64,000 bases of DNA from an uncultured Candidatus Saccharibacteria bacterium. Lineage in GTDB: Bacteria; Patescibacteriota; Doudnabacteria; UBA920. Where the stretch lies: contig CAZTCH010000004.1 of NCBI GenBank assembly GCA_964612745.1, positions 29,382-93,381 of the forward strand, in the 5' to 3' direction. The position numbers were made by a program, and so were the translations under genes. Positions 39,219 through 49,640 of this stretch are shown piece after piece (the first letter of the stretch is position 1; each line of letters begins with the position of its first letter). The notes under the pieces are model-generated. The model worked only from the letters and a program-made list of their open reading frames with translations. It searched no databases and was not told the origin of the DNA.

Positions 39219-40085
39219 ATGTCGAGTGGAATTCTATTTGCAATCTGCGCGCTCTTTGCGTGGGCCTTCGATGATTTTTACATCGGTCGCGCTACCAAAA
39301 AAATCCAGAGTCTTCCGGCACTACTTGGTCTTTCCGTGCTTGGTCTGGTTATCCTCACTCCATTTGTGCTACCGCAACTTGTATCCCTGTCTATTTCCAC
39401 ACAATTGTGGACGGCTTTGTTCTACCTTGTACTCTGTACATGCGTGGCTGCATATGCAGATTTTGAAGCGCTGAGACTGGGCAAGCTTTCCGTTATCGAT
39501 GCATTGTACGCATTCGAAATTCCGATAACTGCCATATTAGCTTTTGCGTTTCTTGGAGAACGTTTGAGCCCAGTGCAGATATGCCTTGTCGTAAGTCTTG
39601 TGACAGGAATGCTCCTTGTGGCTACACAAAATCTTCCGAGCCGCAAAACATTTCACTGGGAAAAAGGTGTCGGTTATGCCATTATATCGATTATCTGCAT
39701 GGGTGCGGTGAATTTTTTAATCGGCTATAGCGCCCGCCTGAGCAGTCCACTCTTGGTAAATTGGGTTAGTTACTTTGGCCTCGCTTTGTTTAGCATGACC
39801 CTGCTCTCTCTGAAAGGGGTTTTTATAAAAACAATAGGTATAGTTCGGGAGAATAAGCGCTTTGTGATCCCACTGGCAATAGCCGATGTGATTGCGTGGT
39901 CAGCGTTTGCCTATAGCACCACTCGTATCCCTATTGGCATTGCCACTGCGATTAGCGAAACCTACATACTCGTTGCAATTATACTTGGCATTACACTCAA
40001 CAAAGAGCGGATAACCCCACGGCAAGTACTAGGTATATGCATTACGCTGACGAGTGGTGGATTACTCCTCTTCACGCTTACCTAA
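39219..40085 (+). CDS. EamA/DMT family transporter
   Basis: Ten TM helices in two repeats; FLGERLS and LNKERIT motifs. Confidence 0.88.
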   Translation: MSSGILFAICALFAWAFDDFYIGRATKKIQSLPALLGLSVLGLVILTPFVLPQLVSLSISTQLWTALFYLVLCTCVAAYADFEALRLGKLSVIDALYAFEIPITAILAFAFLGERLSPVQICLVVSLVTGMLLVATQNLPSRKTFHWEKGVGYAIISIICMGAVNFLIGYSARLSSPLLVNWVSYFGLALFSMTLLSLKGVFIKTIGIVRENKRFVIPLAIADVIAWSAFAYSTTRIPIGIATAISETYILVAIILGITLNKERITPRQVLGICITLTSGGLLLFTLT

Positions 40086-40103
40086 GCAAAAGAAAAGACA
40101 GCT

Positions 40104-41240
40104 TTAGAAGCTGTCTTTTATATTTTCCCAAAAACTTTTGTTGACTGAAATACTTTCTCCATTCAGCTCGCCGAGCTGCTCTATGAGTTCTCGCTCTTTC
40201 TTTGCTAGTTTATTTGGAATAATTACCCGAACAGTCAGGAGTAAATCACCTCGCTTACCAGAGTTTACGTGCGGTACCCCTTTATTTGAAACCTTTAGCA
40301 CTGTACCTGGTTGCGTTCCTGCCGGCACCTTCACTTCCAAAAGTTCGTCCACTGTCTTCACCTCTAGCTTTGCGCCCAAAGCCGCCTGTACGAAGCTAAT
40401 AGGCACTTCTTTATGTAAGTTATACCCGTCTCTGCGAAACTCTTTCGAAGCTGCTACGCGCACAACCAAATACAAATCTCCTGCATTGGATCCTTTATAG
40501 CCAACTTCCCCTTCTCCTTGCATGCGGATACGTTGCCCGTTGTCAATACCTGCAGGGATTTTTACTTCGAGTGTTTTTGGTCTGCGCAACACACCAGATC
40601 CACGACAGATACTACAGGCAACCTCGGGCGTTTTTCCGTCACCCTCACACTGGTCACAGGTGGCTGCAGACTGCATGTTGCCAAAGATTGTCCGTTTGGT
40701 AGTGAGTATCTGCCCTTGCCCATGACACTTCGAACATGTTACCACCTTGGAGCCTTCTGCCGCACCAGTCCCGTGACACACATGGCAGGTGTCTTGTTTT
40801 TCCAGCGTAACACTTTTTGTCACGCCATGGACTGACTCTTCAAAAGAAATACTGAGTGGCATTTCCAAATCTATGCCACGGTTTCGTCTGGACTGCGCCC
40901 CCGCACCACGCCCACCACCAAAAATATCGGAGAAAATATCCCCCAAATCAAATTCAACACCACCTTGACCACCAAAGCCAAAGCCATCAAATGGATTACC
41001 CGCCTGACCACCACCAAAACCACCCGCTTGCTGGTAGTTCTCGCCAAACCGGTCATACTGAGAACGCTTCCCTTGATCAGAAAGTACTTGGTATGCTTCG
41101 TTGACTTCTTTAAATTTTTCTTCGTTTCCTGAACCTTTATCTGGATGAAATTCGTGCGCTTTCTTGCGATACGCTTTTTTTATCTCATCGGCAGATGCAG
41201 ATTTGGAAACACCTAAAATGTCGTAAAAGTTTTTTGCCAT
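40104..41240 (-). CDS. dnaJ: Chaperone DnaJ
   Basis: J-domain HPD, G/F region, four CxxCxGxG repeats. Confidence 0.98.
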   Translation of the reverse strand: MAKNFYDILGVSKSASADEIKKAYRKKAHEFHPDKGSGNEEKFKEVNEAYQVLSDQGKRSQYDRFGENYQQAGGFGGGQAGNPFDGFGFGGQGGVEFDLGDIFSDIFGGGRGAGAQSRRNRGIDLEMPLSISFEESVHGVTKSVTLEKQDTCHVCHGTGAAEGSKVVTCSKCHGQGQILTTKRTIFGNMQSAATCDQCEGDGKTPEVACSICRGSGVLRRPKTLEVKIPAGIDNGQRIRMQGEGEVGYKGSNAGDLYLVVRVAASKEFRRDGYNLHKEVPISFVQAALGAKLEVKTVDELLEVKVPAGTQPGTVLKVSNKGVPHVNSGKRGDLLLTVRVIIPNKLAKKERELIEQLGELNGESISVNKSFWENIKDSF

Positions 41241-41280
41241 AGTAGTAAAGCTTATAGCGAGATACCTAATACCTTATAGA

Positions 41281-41643
41281 TCAAGAGCGCATGGTGTTAA
41301 TCATAGCATTCAACATTTTCATAACTTCTGTAAGCACACTTTTTACCTTTTTAATTTCATTTTGATTTGCAAGCCCCAGCATAGAAGCAACTTCTATCTG
41401 AGTTTCAAGTTCTGCGCCTGAAGCAAAAGCGATGGTAAGAAACTGACAATAATCTTTTTTGGTGCTTCTATATCTACCCTCAGCAATATTTGAAGGAATA
41501 GAAACTGCACTGCGCCTCATCTGCGACACTAAACCGAACCTTTCAGCATCAGGAAACTGAGCACTGAGCTCATAAACAAATTTAACTACCACCATTGCTT
41601 TTTGCCAAACAATTAAATCTCTATAACTTTGCTTTGTTTCCAT
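41281..41643 (-). CDS. Four-helix bundle protein (23S rRNA IVP / Avd-like)
   Basis: YRDLIVWQKA, FP..E.FGLVSQMRRSAVSIPSNIAEG, SGAELETQ. Confidence 0.93.
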   Translation of the reverse strand: METKQSYRDLIVWQKAMVVVKFVYELSAQFPDAERFGLVSQMRRSAVSIPSNIAEGRYRSTKKDYCQFLTIAFASGAELETQIEVASMLGLANQNEIKKVKSVLTEVMKMLNAMINTMRS

Positions 41644-41654
41644 AGATTATTCTG

Positions 41655-41754
41655 CTATAAGCTATTTTGCTATGAAATGCCCACCTAACAACTATCCGCT
41701 ATAAGGTATAAGGTATCAGGTATAAGGTATCAGGTATAAGGTATCAGGTATAAC
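41655..41754. repeat. Heptamer array (TATAAGG/TATCAGG) upstream of four-helix gene
   Basis: Alternating 7-mers at 41700-41752; complementary short arm at 41248-41280 downstream of the gene. Confidence 0.85.
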
Positions 41755-42063
41755 CTACTCCGTTCTAAACCCTATATGCGGCTGTTGGTCGCTTCCGGCT
41801 TTGATTACTCCAAACTGATCTTCGTACCGCTTCACGTTTTCTTGGAGCGCTGCAGCAAGACGCTTGGCATGCTGCGGTGAAAGTATAACGCGCGCTGTCA
41901 CAACCCCAGAGGGTGGAAACAAGTTCATAAAGTCTATTATGAACTCTTCTGGCGTATGCGCTACTTGTGCCATATTGGCGTACACACCTGCCAAGATTTC
42001 GTCACTCAACTTTACCTGCATCTGGCCTTGCCCTTGTGGAGCCTGTGGATTATTTTGTTGCAT
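41755..42063 (-). CDS. DUF3467 domain protein
   Basis: GVYANMAQVAHTPEEFIIDF, RVILSPQHAKRL, YEDQFG. Confidence 0.88.
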   Translation of the reverse strand: MQQNNPQAPQGQGQMQVKLSDEILAGVYANMAQVAHTPEEFIIDFMNLFPPSGVVTARVILSPQHAKRLAAALQENVKRYEDQFGVIKAGSDQQPHIGFRTE

Positions 42064-42353
42064 GTACGTTTTTTCTAAGTATTAGTTTAGTTTATTTATT
42101 ATTAGCTTTGCGGTAACATCAAAGTAATTAATCGCAACAGCCAAACCATTTCACACAGTAGCACCTACTGTGCCCGCCAAAGCTGTAATCTAGCAAGCCA
42201 CTTCAGCCAAAAGAAGACGAGCGTCTTCTTAAAACCAAAACTGTTCGAATGATGTCGCCCGTGGGCATCGGGGAGGTGGTCCAGTTTTTGCCGAAAATTC
42301 AGTCGCTCAGTAAACTGAGCAAAGGAGGAAACAAGATCGGGTCCGAGTCAACA

Positions 42354-42391
42354 CAACCCTGACACGCACAGCAATGTGCGCGTCAGGGTTG
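42354..42391. terminator. Hairpin terminator after dnaK
   Basis: CAACCCTGACACGCACA-GCAA-TGTGCGCGTCAGGGTTG. Confidence 0.7.
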
Positions 42392-42397
42392 CTTCTT

Positions 42398-44284
42398 TTA
42401 TTTCTTCTCTTCGAATTCTGCATCCACTGTCGGGCTACCATCTGCATTTGGTTGTGCACCACCGTCTGCCGAAGCCCCTGCTGCGGAGTCCGCCGTAGCT
42501 TCAGCGGAGGAGGAATACATCGCTGCTCCTACTTTCTGGATAGCGTCAGACAGTTCAGACATAGCTTTCTGAATAGCTTCGGTGTCTTCTTTGTCTTTTA
42601 CTTCTTTTAAGGCAGCTACTTTTGCTTCCACTGCTGCTTTGTCTTCTGCAGCAGCTTTTTCACCAGCGTCTTTCAAAGTTTTTTCGGACACAGCAATAAG
42701 CTGGTCTGCTTGGTTGCGCAAATCAATTACCTCGCGACGCTTCTTGTCTTCGGACGCATGCGTTTCTGCTTCTTGTTTCATGCGTTCAACTTCTTCTTTG
42801 GACAAGTTAGAAGAACCTTGAATTGTAATGTGCTGCTCTTTACCACTCGCCTTGTCTTTTGCTTTTACAGTCAAAATACCATTCGCATCAATATCGAAAG
42901 TTACTTCTACTTGTGGTACGCCACGAGGTGCTGGAGGTAACCCGTCCAAAATAAACCGACCGAGCGACTTGTTGTCTTGGGCAAACTCACGCTCACCTTG
43001 CAGCACATTGATTTCTACTGATGTCTGATTATCTGCTGCAGTAGAAAATACTTGTGACTTGGAAGTTGGTACAGTGGTATTGCGGTCAATTAATGGAGTG
43101 CGAATGCCGCCCATGGTTTCCAACCCCAAGGTCAAAGGAGTCACGTCCAAAAGCAGAATTTCTTTTCCTTGTACGTCACCAGACAAAATGCCTGCTTGAA
43201 TTGCAGCACCTTTTGCCACTGCTTCCATTGGGTCTACGCCACGCTCTACTTGCTTGCCAATGAACTCTTCCACGAACTTCTGCACTACCGGCATGCGAGT
43301 TGGCCCACCAATCAAAATGATCTTGTCGATTTGTGTTGGGGTCAACTTGGCATCACCCAGAGCTTGGGTTACTGGCTGACGCATGCGATCCACAATAGGC
43401 TTTACTAAATCTTCTAGTCCTGCGCGGGTGTATTTCTTTTGGAAATGCTTTGGCCCATTCGCGTCTGCGGTTATAAACGGCAAGTTAATTTCCGTTTCCA
43501 AGGTAGTAGAAAGTTCTATCTTAGCCTTTTCCGCTGCTTCTCTAACGCGGTTCATAGCCATCTTATCTGTTGTCACATCGACACCTTGTTCAGTCTTGAT
43601 GTCTGCTAAAATACGATCGATAAAGGCCTTGTCCATATCCTTCCCACCAAGCGCTGTATCACCAGAAGTAGAAAGTACTTCAAAAGTCGCTTGCTGCTTC
43701 CCGTCCTCTTCCACTTCACTAAAATCCATAATGGTGACATCGAGCGTACCACCACCCAAATCGAATACTAAAATTTTCTGGTCCTTTGCCGATGTTTTAT
43801 CTAACCCGTAGGCAAATGCAGCAGCAGTAGGTTCGTTGATAACACGTACTACTTCCAAGCCAGCAATCTCACCAGCATTTTTTGTTGCTTGACGTTGAGC
43901 ATCATCAAAATACGCAGGTACGGTAATAACTGCTTTTTCAACTTTACCACCAGTGTAGCTTTCTGCATCACGCTTTATCTTTTGCAAGATAAATGCCGAA
44001 ATTTGCTCAGGGGCATATTCTTTGCCGTTTGCAGAGAACTTTTGACTCGTTCCCATCTTGCGCTTGGCTTCAAAAATAGTACCGTCTGGGTTCGTAACAG
44101 CTTGTCTACGAGCTGGTTCCCCTACCAAAAGCTCACCTTCTTTTGTAAATGCTACATAGGAAGGAAATGCTTTCCCACCCAAAGAAGCACCTTCTGCAGC
44201 TGGAATGATTACTGCTTTGCCGCCTTCCATTACAGAAGCTGCACTGTTGGAAGTACCTAAGTCAATACCAATTATTTTACTCAT
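42398..44284 (-). CDS. dnaK: Chaperone DnaK
   Basis: [31 protein letters not shown]. Confidence 0.99.
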   Translation of the reverse strand: MSKIIGIDLGTSNSAASVMEGGKAVIIPAAEGASLGGKAFPSYVAFTKEGELLVGEPARRQAVTNPDGTIFEAKRKMGTSQKFSANGKEYAPEQISAFILQKIKRDAESYTGGKVEKAVITVPAYFDDAQRQATKNAGEIAGLEVVRVINEPTAAAFAYGLDKTSAKDQKILVFDLGGGTLDVTIMDFSEVEEDGKQQATFEVLSTSGDTALGGKDMDKAFIDRILADIKTEQGVDVTTDKMAMNRVREAAEKAKIELSTTLETEINLPFITADANGPKHFQKKYTRAGLEDLVKPIVDRMRQPVTQALGDAKLTPTQIDKIILIGGPTRMPVVQKFVEEFIGKQVERGVDPMEAVAKGAAIQAGILSGDVQGKEILLLDVTPLTLGLETMGGIRTPLIDRNTTVPTSKSQVFSTAADNQTSVEINVLQGEREFAQDNKSLGRFILDGLPPAPRGVPQVEVTFDIDANGILTVKAKDKASGKEQHITIQGSSNLSKEEVERMKQEAETHASEDKKRREVIDLRNQADQLIAVSEKTLKDAGEKAAAEDKAAVEAKVAALKEVKDKEDTEAIQKAMSELSDAIQKVGAAMYSSSAEATADSAAGASADGGAQPNADGSPTVDAEFEEKK

Positions 44285-44411
44285 ATAAGTATGATTCTTG
44301 TATTACTAATAAACTATCTATTTTAATACAACGTATATACATTTAGTTGGACTTGGCCCAAAATCTGAAAGCAAACTCGTTACTTCCATATTTTGGACCA
44401 ACCCCTATACC

Positions 44412-44747
44412 TTACAACTCGTCTATTGATAACTTTTTAAATGCACCAATAGACATACCGACAATCTTCGTACTCCCGAGCAATTTACGAGAGGTAGCAA
44501 AATCAGATTGGAACTCATCTTTCAACTTCACAAAGACATTCCCTTCTGAACCATCTGACTGTCGCTTCACATGCAATATAATCTTTTTCTTGTTCAGTGT
44601 TTTTCCGGTAATAACACAGTCACTTTGGCTCAGTGCCGGAATATCCGAAGACTTGTCTTCCCATTCGAGAATATCACCTACATCAAACTGATCTTTAATA
44701 AGCATGGTATCTGTTGTTCTGCGCTGATTAGTTATTTCTATTTGCAT
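44412..44747 (-). CDS. Hypothetical protein inserted between grpE and dnaK
   Basis: Co-oriented, AT-rich ORF filling the gap; no recognised motif. Confidence 0.55.
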   Translation of the reverse strand: MQIEITNQRRTTDTMLIKDQFDVGDILEWEDKSSDIPALSQSDCVITGKTLNKKKIILHVKRQSDGSEGNVFVKLKDEFQSDFATSRKLLGSTKIVGMSIGAFKKLSIDEL

Positions 44748-44770
44748 AGAAGACGCGCTTTGAGACTGAA

Positions 44771-45334
44771 TTAGTTCGCTTGCTTGCCAATTGCGACTTG
44801 CGCTGGACGTATGAGTTTCCCATTCAGCGTAAACCCTGTTTGGTACACTTGTACGACTACCCCCACCTCCCCGCCATCTACTTCTCGAACAGCTTCGTGG
44901 AAATTGGGATCAAACTTTTGCCCCATGGCTTCTATCTTTGTTACCCCGAGCTCTTCCAAAGCTTTATCTAACTGCTTTACGAAGCCTGCAACACCAGACT
45001 GCCACGTTGCATAGTCTTCCACAAACTTTTTTGCATCCTGACCGCTATCCCTGGTCCATTGCCCGCTCGCCTCAGGTGCGTGCTTCAAAGCTTGTTCGAG
45101 CGTATCTAAGCTTGGTAACAATTTGGCCACCGCTACCTCTCGAGCGAAATCAATGAGCTCCGCATTTTCCTGTTCTTTCCGCTTTTGGTAATTTTGGAAA
45201 TCCGCCTCGCTGCGTCGCCAGCCATTTAAATTTCGTTCTGCTTCTGCACGAGCATCAAACAGTTGTTGGTGCAAATCTGCAGCGTCCTCACTGACTATTT
45301 GTTGTGCATTATCTTGTTCATTCATGTGTTTCAT
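44771..45334 (-). CDS. grpE: Nucleotide exchange factor GrpE
   Basis: RSEADFQNYQKR, FDPNFHEAV, GFTLNGKLIRPAQV. Confidence 0.96.
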   Translation of the reverse strand: MKHMNEQDNAQQIVSEDAADLHQQLFDARAEAERNLNGWRRSEADFQNYQKRKEQENAELIDFAREVAVAKLLPSLDTLEQALKHAPEASGQWTRDSGQDAKKFVEDYATWQSGVAGFVKQLDKALEELGVTKIEAMGQKFDPNFHEAVREVDGGEVGVVVQVYQTGFTLNGKLIRPAQVAIGKQAN

Positions 45335-45417
45335 TTAAACATACAAGCATCGAAGCATACAAACAATTGAGCGCACCCTGTTTATATGTTTACACGTTCG
45401 ATGCTTACATGACTGTA

Positions 45418-46158
45418 TTATTTCTCTTTCCCTCCAAGCAGTTTACTAATGTACTCCATGAGACTGACGTTCTTCTCGTATTGCATTGCCTTTGGTCCAA
45501 TAAGACCAAGCACACCCTTTTTACCAGAAGGTAGATTTAAGCCAGACACAATCATGCTGTAATCGCTGCCTTGAGAAAGAGCTATTTCTTTTACGTCACT
45601 CCCAATCATCGCTTTTGGAGAATCGCTTCCACTAAACTCTTTCAGAAGCTCCGGAGCTTTGTCGTCTATGTTGTCAAAAAACTCTGCGACGGCCTTGGCA
45701 TCGTCTGCGGTAAGCTGGGGGTTCCCCAAAAGATTTGCAATACCCATGGTAGACGAATCTTCTGGAAACAAAGCGAAGCTTGCGCCACCAGAAATCTCTG
45801 CGGTGAGCCGTGCTAGTCTTCGACTCATTTCGACATGTGCTGTTTGTAAATGTGCAATTTCTCTCCGCAATCGTTCTTGCTCTTTCATGGATAGCTTCAC
45901 CCGCTCCATAAGCTCCGTTACAAAGTAGCGAAAACCCATATCGGTCGGTACTCTTCCTGCGGACGTATGCGGTTGCATTATGTATCCCAACTTTTCAAGC
46001 ACCTGCATTTCGTTACGAATACTTGCACCCGACAAATCAAAGTAGTCTTTCTCTACTAAATCCTTGCTGGCGACCGGCTGGCCGGTATCGCAATTTTCTT
46101 TCACAATTGCAGCCAAAATCTTGGCTTGGCGAGATGATATCTCTGGGTAATCTGACAT
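45418..46158 (-). CDS. hrcA: Heat-inducible transcription repressor HrcA (short form)
   Basis: RQAKILAAIV, SIRNEM, QPHTSAGRVPT, GLIGPKAMQY. Confidence 0.94.
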   Translation of the reverse strand: MSDYPEISSRQAKILAAIVKENCDTGQPVASKDLVEKDYFDLSGASIRNEMQVLEKLGYIMQPHTSAGRVPTDMGFRYFVTELMERVKLSMKEQERLRREIAHLQTAHVEMSRRLARLTAEISGGASFALFPEDSSTMGIANLLGNPQLTADDAKAVAEFFDNIDDKAPELLKEFSGSDSPKAMIGSDVKEIALSQGSDYSMIVSGLNLPSGKKGVLGLIGPKAMQYEKNVSLMEYISKLLGGKEK

Positions 46159-46164
46159 GCATAT

Positions 46165-46205
46165 AGAATATAAAAATATTATCACTCTGTCAAGAAGAGT
46201 GACAA
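46165..46205 (-). promoter_or_regulatory. hrcA promoter overlapped by variant CIRCE
   Basis: TTATCACTC-N9-GAGTGACAA at 46179-46205; TTGACA(46193-46188)-N17-TATTCT(46170-46165). Confidence 0.82.
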
Positions 46206-46298
46206 TATGAAAACATCACGCTATGTAAAGTTGACTTGACATTACATACGCCCCCATATATGCTCTCTATATATTACTAAGTGTTCAGATTCAATCGC

Positions 46299-46799
46299 AT
46301 GAAACAAACAAAAGCTGCCTTTGCCCTCCTTGCTGTAGTTTTTATCGCTGCAGGATGCAGTAAAGCAACCACGCAAAACAACGAGCCAACACCGACCCCG
46401 CTCCCAAGCCAAGCACAAGAGAGTACTCCCCTCCCTACTCCAAGTAAGATGAGCCTCAATCAACCATCACCCACCACTCCTACGGCCACTGCACAATATA
46501 AAGACTACTCAGCAGATGCTGTTGCCAAAGCCCAACAAGAAAACAAACGAGTGGTGCTATTTTTCCACGCAGCATGGTGTCCTACCTGTATAGCTGCAAA
46601 CAAAGCATTTAACGCAAACACGAACCAACTCCCCGCAGATGTTGTATTGCTCAAAACTGACTACGACACAGAAACAACACTCAAGAAAAAATATGCAATC
46701 ACCTACCAACACACATTCGTGCAAATAGATGCTTCCGGTAACCAAATAAGCAAGTGGACCGGTGGAGACGTGGAGAGTTTGAAGAAATACTTAAAATAG
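46299..46799 (+). CDS. Thioredoxin-family lipoprotein
   Basis: Lipobox IAAGC; FHAAWCPTC. Confidence 0.88.
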   Translation: MKQTKAAFALLAVVFIAAGCSKATTQNNEPTPTPLPSQAQESTPLPTPSKMSLNQPSPTTPTATAQYKDYSADAVAKAQQENKRVVLFFHAAWCPTCIAANKAFNANTNQLPADVVLLKTDYDTETTLKKKYAITYQHTFVQIDASGNQISKWTGGDVESLKKYLK

Positions 46800-46834
46800 C
46801 TATTAGGTGCTAGGAACTAGCTTCTAGTAAACAT

Positions 46835-47200
46835 ATGATTCAAAGCCATAAAGACCTCATAGTTTGGCAAAAGTCGATTACCTTAGTGACAGAGATTTAC
46901 CTTCTTACAAAAAACTTTCCGAAGGAAGAAATGTTTGGCCTAACGAGCCAAATTCGACGTACGGCAGTCTCAATACCTGCAAATATCGCCGAAGGTAGGA
47001 ACAGAGGTAGTAAAAGAGATTTTAGACACTTTTTATTGATTGCTTTTGCATCAGCAAATGAATTAGAGACACATTTGCTTATAGCAAAAAACCTATCTTA
47101 CACCACAGAAAATGAATTTTCTAGCACAACTGTTGCCACCACAGAAATATGCAAAATGTTGAGCACGATGATTAATAAATTGTCTGAACCTAGCTCCTAG
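46835..47200 (+). CDS. Four-helix bundle protein (23S rRNA IVP / Avd-like)
   Basis: HKDLIVWQKS, FPKEEMFGLTSQIRRTAVSIPANIAEG; inverted heptamer arms at 46797-46828 and 47188-47224. Confidence 0.93.
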   Translation: MIQSHKDLIVWQKSITLVTEIYLLTKNFPKEEMFGLTSQIRRTAVSIPANIAEGRNRGSKRDFRHFLLIAFASANELETHLLIAKNLSYTTENEFSSTTVATTEICKMLSTMINKLSEPSS

Positions 47201-47224
47201 ATCCTAACTCCTAACAGCTATCCT

Positions 47225-48856
47225 ATGATTGAACTTCTTCTCTCCTTCATTGCCGGCATACTGACTATTGCCGCTCCGTGCATACTGTTGCCGTTGCCCA
47301 TTCTTCTTGGCGCATCGGTTGGACAATCGCATAAAGCTCGCCCACTGTTTATTACAGCCGGGTTTGTGGTCACTTTTTCCGCGCTCGGAATTAGCATTAA
47401 CCTGCTCGTTCGCACACTTGGCATTGACCCAACAACACTGAGACATGCTGCAGTAGTTCTCCTGAGTCTGTTTGCCCTGTTCATGATTTGGCCAACACCC
47501 TTTGAGCGAGCCATGCAACACATGTCCGGACTCATTGCAAAAGCTGCAAAAACTGGCCAGCGCGCTGGGTCTGGTAACTGGGGTGGTTTTGTTATGGGTG
47601 TAATTATTGGCGTTGTCTGGGCACCATGCGCTGGGCCAATATTGGGCTCTATTTTAACACTCATCGCTCAGGAGTCCGAATCACTCCAAGCTTTTGCCTT
47701 GCTCGTCGCCTACTCTCTAGGGGCTGGAGTACCCATGCTACTTATTGCCTATGGCAGCCAAACTTTGAGCACAAAAATAAAGGTAATCGCTCAGTACGCA
47801 ACTCGTCTCCAACAAGTTTTTGGAGTCATCCTACTTTTAGTAGCTGCAAGCATTTATTTCCAATACGATACAAAAATCCAAGCATACTTAGTAGAGCAGT
47901 TTCCTGTGTTCGGTACGACACTGGAAAGCAAAATCCAAAAACAACTCGCGCCAACGCCAACCCCTTCCAGCAGCAACGCGCCAGCTCCAGAATTTTCCGA
48001 AATTTCTGCTTGGTTAAATACGTCTGAGCCAATTACACTTTCCTCCCTCCGTGGCAAAGTAGTCTTAGTAGATTTCTGGACATACTCGTGCATTAATTGT
48101 GTGCGTACCTTACCGTACATAACCAAACTGTACGAAACATACAAAGACCAAGGACTGGTAGTCATTGGCGTGCACACTCCGGAATTTGCTTTTGAGAAAG
48201 ACAAGACCAATGTTGCAAAAGCGCTTACGCAATACGACATTACATACCCCGTTGCTTTAGACAATGCATACGGCACATGGAATGCGTACGATAACCAATA
48301 CTGGCCAGCAAAATACCTTGTAGACCAACAAGGGAACATTATATACACCCACTTTGGTGAAGGCGCATACACAGAAACAGAAAACGCAGTCAGAAAACTG
48401 CTTGGACTTAGCACCAACACCACCCTCTCTGAAACGCCGAAAATAAATTACTCACAAACTCCAGAAATATATTTTGGTACCAATCGTCTTGAGTACTTTG
48501 CGTACTCCACCAAGCCCAGCTTTAACGCAACGGAATACGTCATCCCCAACAGACTCAGCCTGAACTATTTTGCACTGTCTGGAACATGGCAATTTAGCGC
48601 AGACAAAACCAAACTCACCAAGCCAACTGGTACAATCAAACTACACTTCCAAGGTAAGACTGTGTACATGGTTGCGGCAAGCCCAGAGAAAGCTCAAAGT
48701 GTGACTGTGCGAGCAGACAGTGGAGAAAATGCCACCGTGCAAATATCTGAGCACACCCTCTACCCCCTACTCCAATTCCCCACTGCTGGAGAACACACTA
48801 TTGAAATTAACATCCCCACCGCTGGGTTTGAGGCGTACACATTTACGTTTGGCTAA
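47225..48856 (+). CDS. dipZ: DipZ-like CcdA-thioredoxin fusion
   Basis: APCILLPLP, WAPCAGPILG, DFWTYSCINC, HTPEFAFE. Confidence 0.9.
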   Translation: MIELLLSFIAGILTIAAPCILLPLPILLGASVGQSHKARPLFITAGFVVTFSALGISINLLVRTLGIDPTTLRHAAVVLLSLFALFMIWPTPFERAMQHMSGLIAKAAKTGQRAGSGNWGGFVMGVIIGVVWAPCAGPILGSILTLIAQESESLQAFALLVAYSLGAGVPMLLIAYGSQTLSTKIKVIAQYATRLQQVFGVILLLVAASIYFQYDTKIQAYLVEQFPVFGTTLESKIQKQLAPTPTPSSSNAPAPEFSEISAWLNTSEPITLSSLRGKVVLVDFWTYSCINCVRTLPYITKLYETYKDQGLVVIGVHTPEFAFEKDKTNVAKALTQYDITYPVALDNAYGTWNAYDNQYWPAKYLVDQQGNIIYTHFGEGAYTETENAVRKLLGLSTNTTLSETPKINYSQTPEIYFGTNRLEYFAYSTKPSFNATEYVIPNRLSLNYFALSGTWQFSADKTKLTKPTGTIKLHFQGKTVYMVAASPEKAQSVTVRADSGENATVQISEHTLYPLLQFPTAGEHTIEINIPTAGFEAYTFTFG

Positions 48857-48857
48857 A

Positions 48858-48985
48858 GAACACAGATACACCCGACTTCGCTAAAGCTACGACGGGCAAG
48901 CAAGCAAAACCGATTACACGGATGCAAACCCACTGATGAACAGCATGAATCCGTGTTATCTGTGAAATCTGTGTATCTGTGGTTA
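48858..48985. repeat. Inverted 9-mer arrays with embedded REP-like family A hairpin
   Basis: ACACAGAT/ACACGGAT left arm, ATCCGTGTT/ATCTGTGAA/ATCTGTGT right arm; hairpin at 48871-48900. Confidence 0.72.
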
Positions 48986-48993
48986 CACATAAT

Positions 48994-49191
48994 ATGACTA
49001 TTCAAAATTCACTCAAACACTACCGAACAGAAAAAAACCTCACGCAAGAAGACTTGGCGGAGGCTGTTGGCGTATCCAGACAAACCATCATCGCTATAGA
49101 GAAAGGTAACTACACTCCTTCGCTCATGCTTGCAATGCAGCTGGCGCAGTATTTTGCTGTGCCCGTAGAAAAGCTCTTTGTGGTATCCTAA
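48994..49191 (+). CDS. Cro/C1-type HTH transcriptional regulator
   Basis: LTQEDLAEAVGVSRQTIIAIEKGNYTPSL. Confidence 0.93.
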   Translation: MTIQNSLKHYRTEKNLTQEDLAEAVGVSRQTIIAIEKGNYTPSLMLAMQLAQYFAVPVEKLFVVS

Positions 49192-49217
49192 AGACTAGTA
49201 AGCAAACTTTATACCAT

Positions 49218-49577
49218 ATGAAAATTCTTATTTACTACCTCTTGCTCCTCATTGCCATAGCACTTATTACCGGCTTTAGCATTTCTACCAGTGGCAATAT
49301 GGCCATGCCACAAATGCTCGCACTTTCTGCTGGGCTCGTGCTCTATGTAGTCGCTCTTTCTTTTGTCGGAGAAGGCGTACCAGAAGACGAACGAGAACAA
49401 CACCACCGGCACATCGCCAACCGTGCTGCTCTTGTTGCAGGCACTATTGTACTTTGTTTAGGAGTTGTCACCCAGCTCTTTATTTCCCACCGCATTGACT
49501 ACTGGCTCCTCTTTGGTTTAGTTACCATCAACCTCACCAAAATAATCAGCCTCATCTGGTTGAACTATAAGAAATAG
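49218..49577 (+). CDS. Small membrane protein (DUF2178-like)
   Basis: Four TM helices with EDERE motif; typical partner of Cro/C1 regulators. Confidence 0.7.
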   Translation: MKILIYYLLLLIAIALITGFSISTSGNMAMPQMLALSAGLVLYVVALSFVGEGVPEDEREQHHRHIANRAALVAGTIVLCLGVVTQLFISHRIDYWLLFGLVTINLTKIISLIWLNYKK

Positions 49578-49640
49578 AGGGTAGAGAATAGAGAATAGTA
49601 AAACAAAAAACCGCTTTTGCGGTTTTTTGTATTACTACCA

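Noticed and set aside
41281-47200. Diversity-generating retroelement (Avd-like genes)
   Set aside because: No reverse transcriptase and no TR/VR pair with A-specific mismatches seen in the window.
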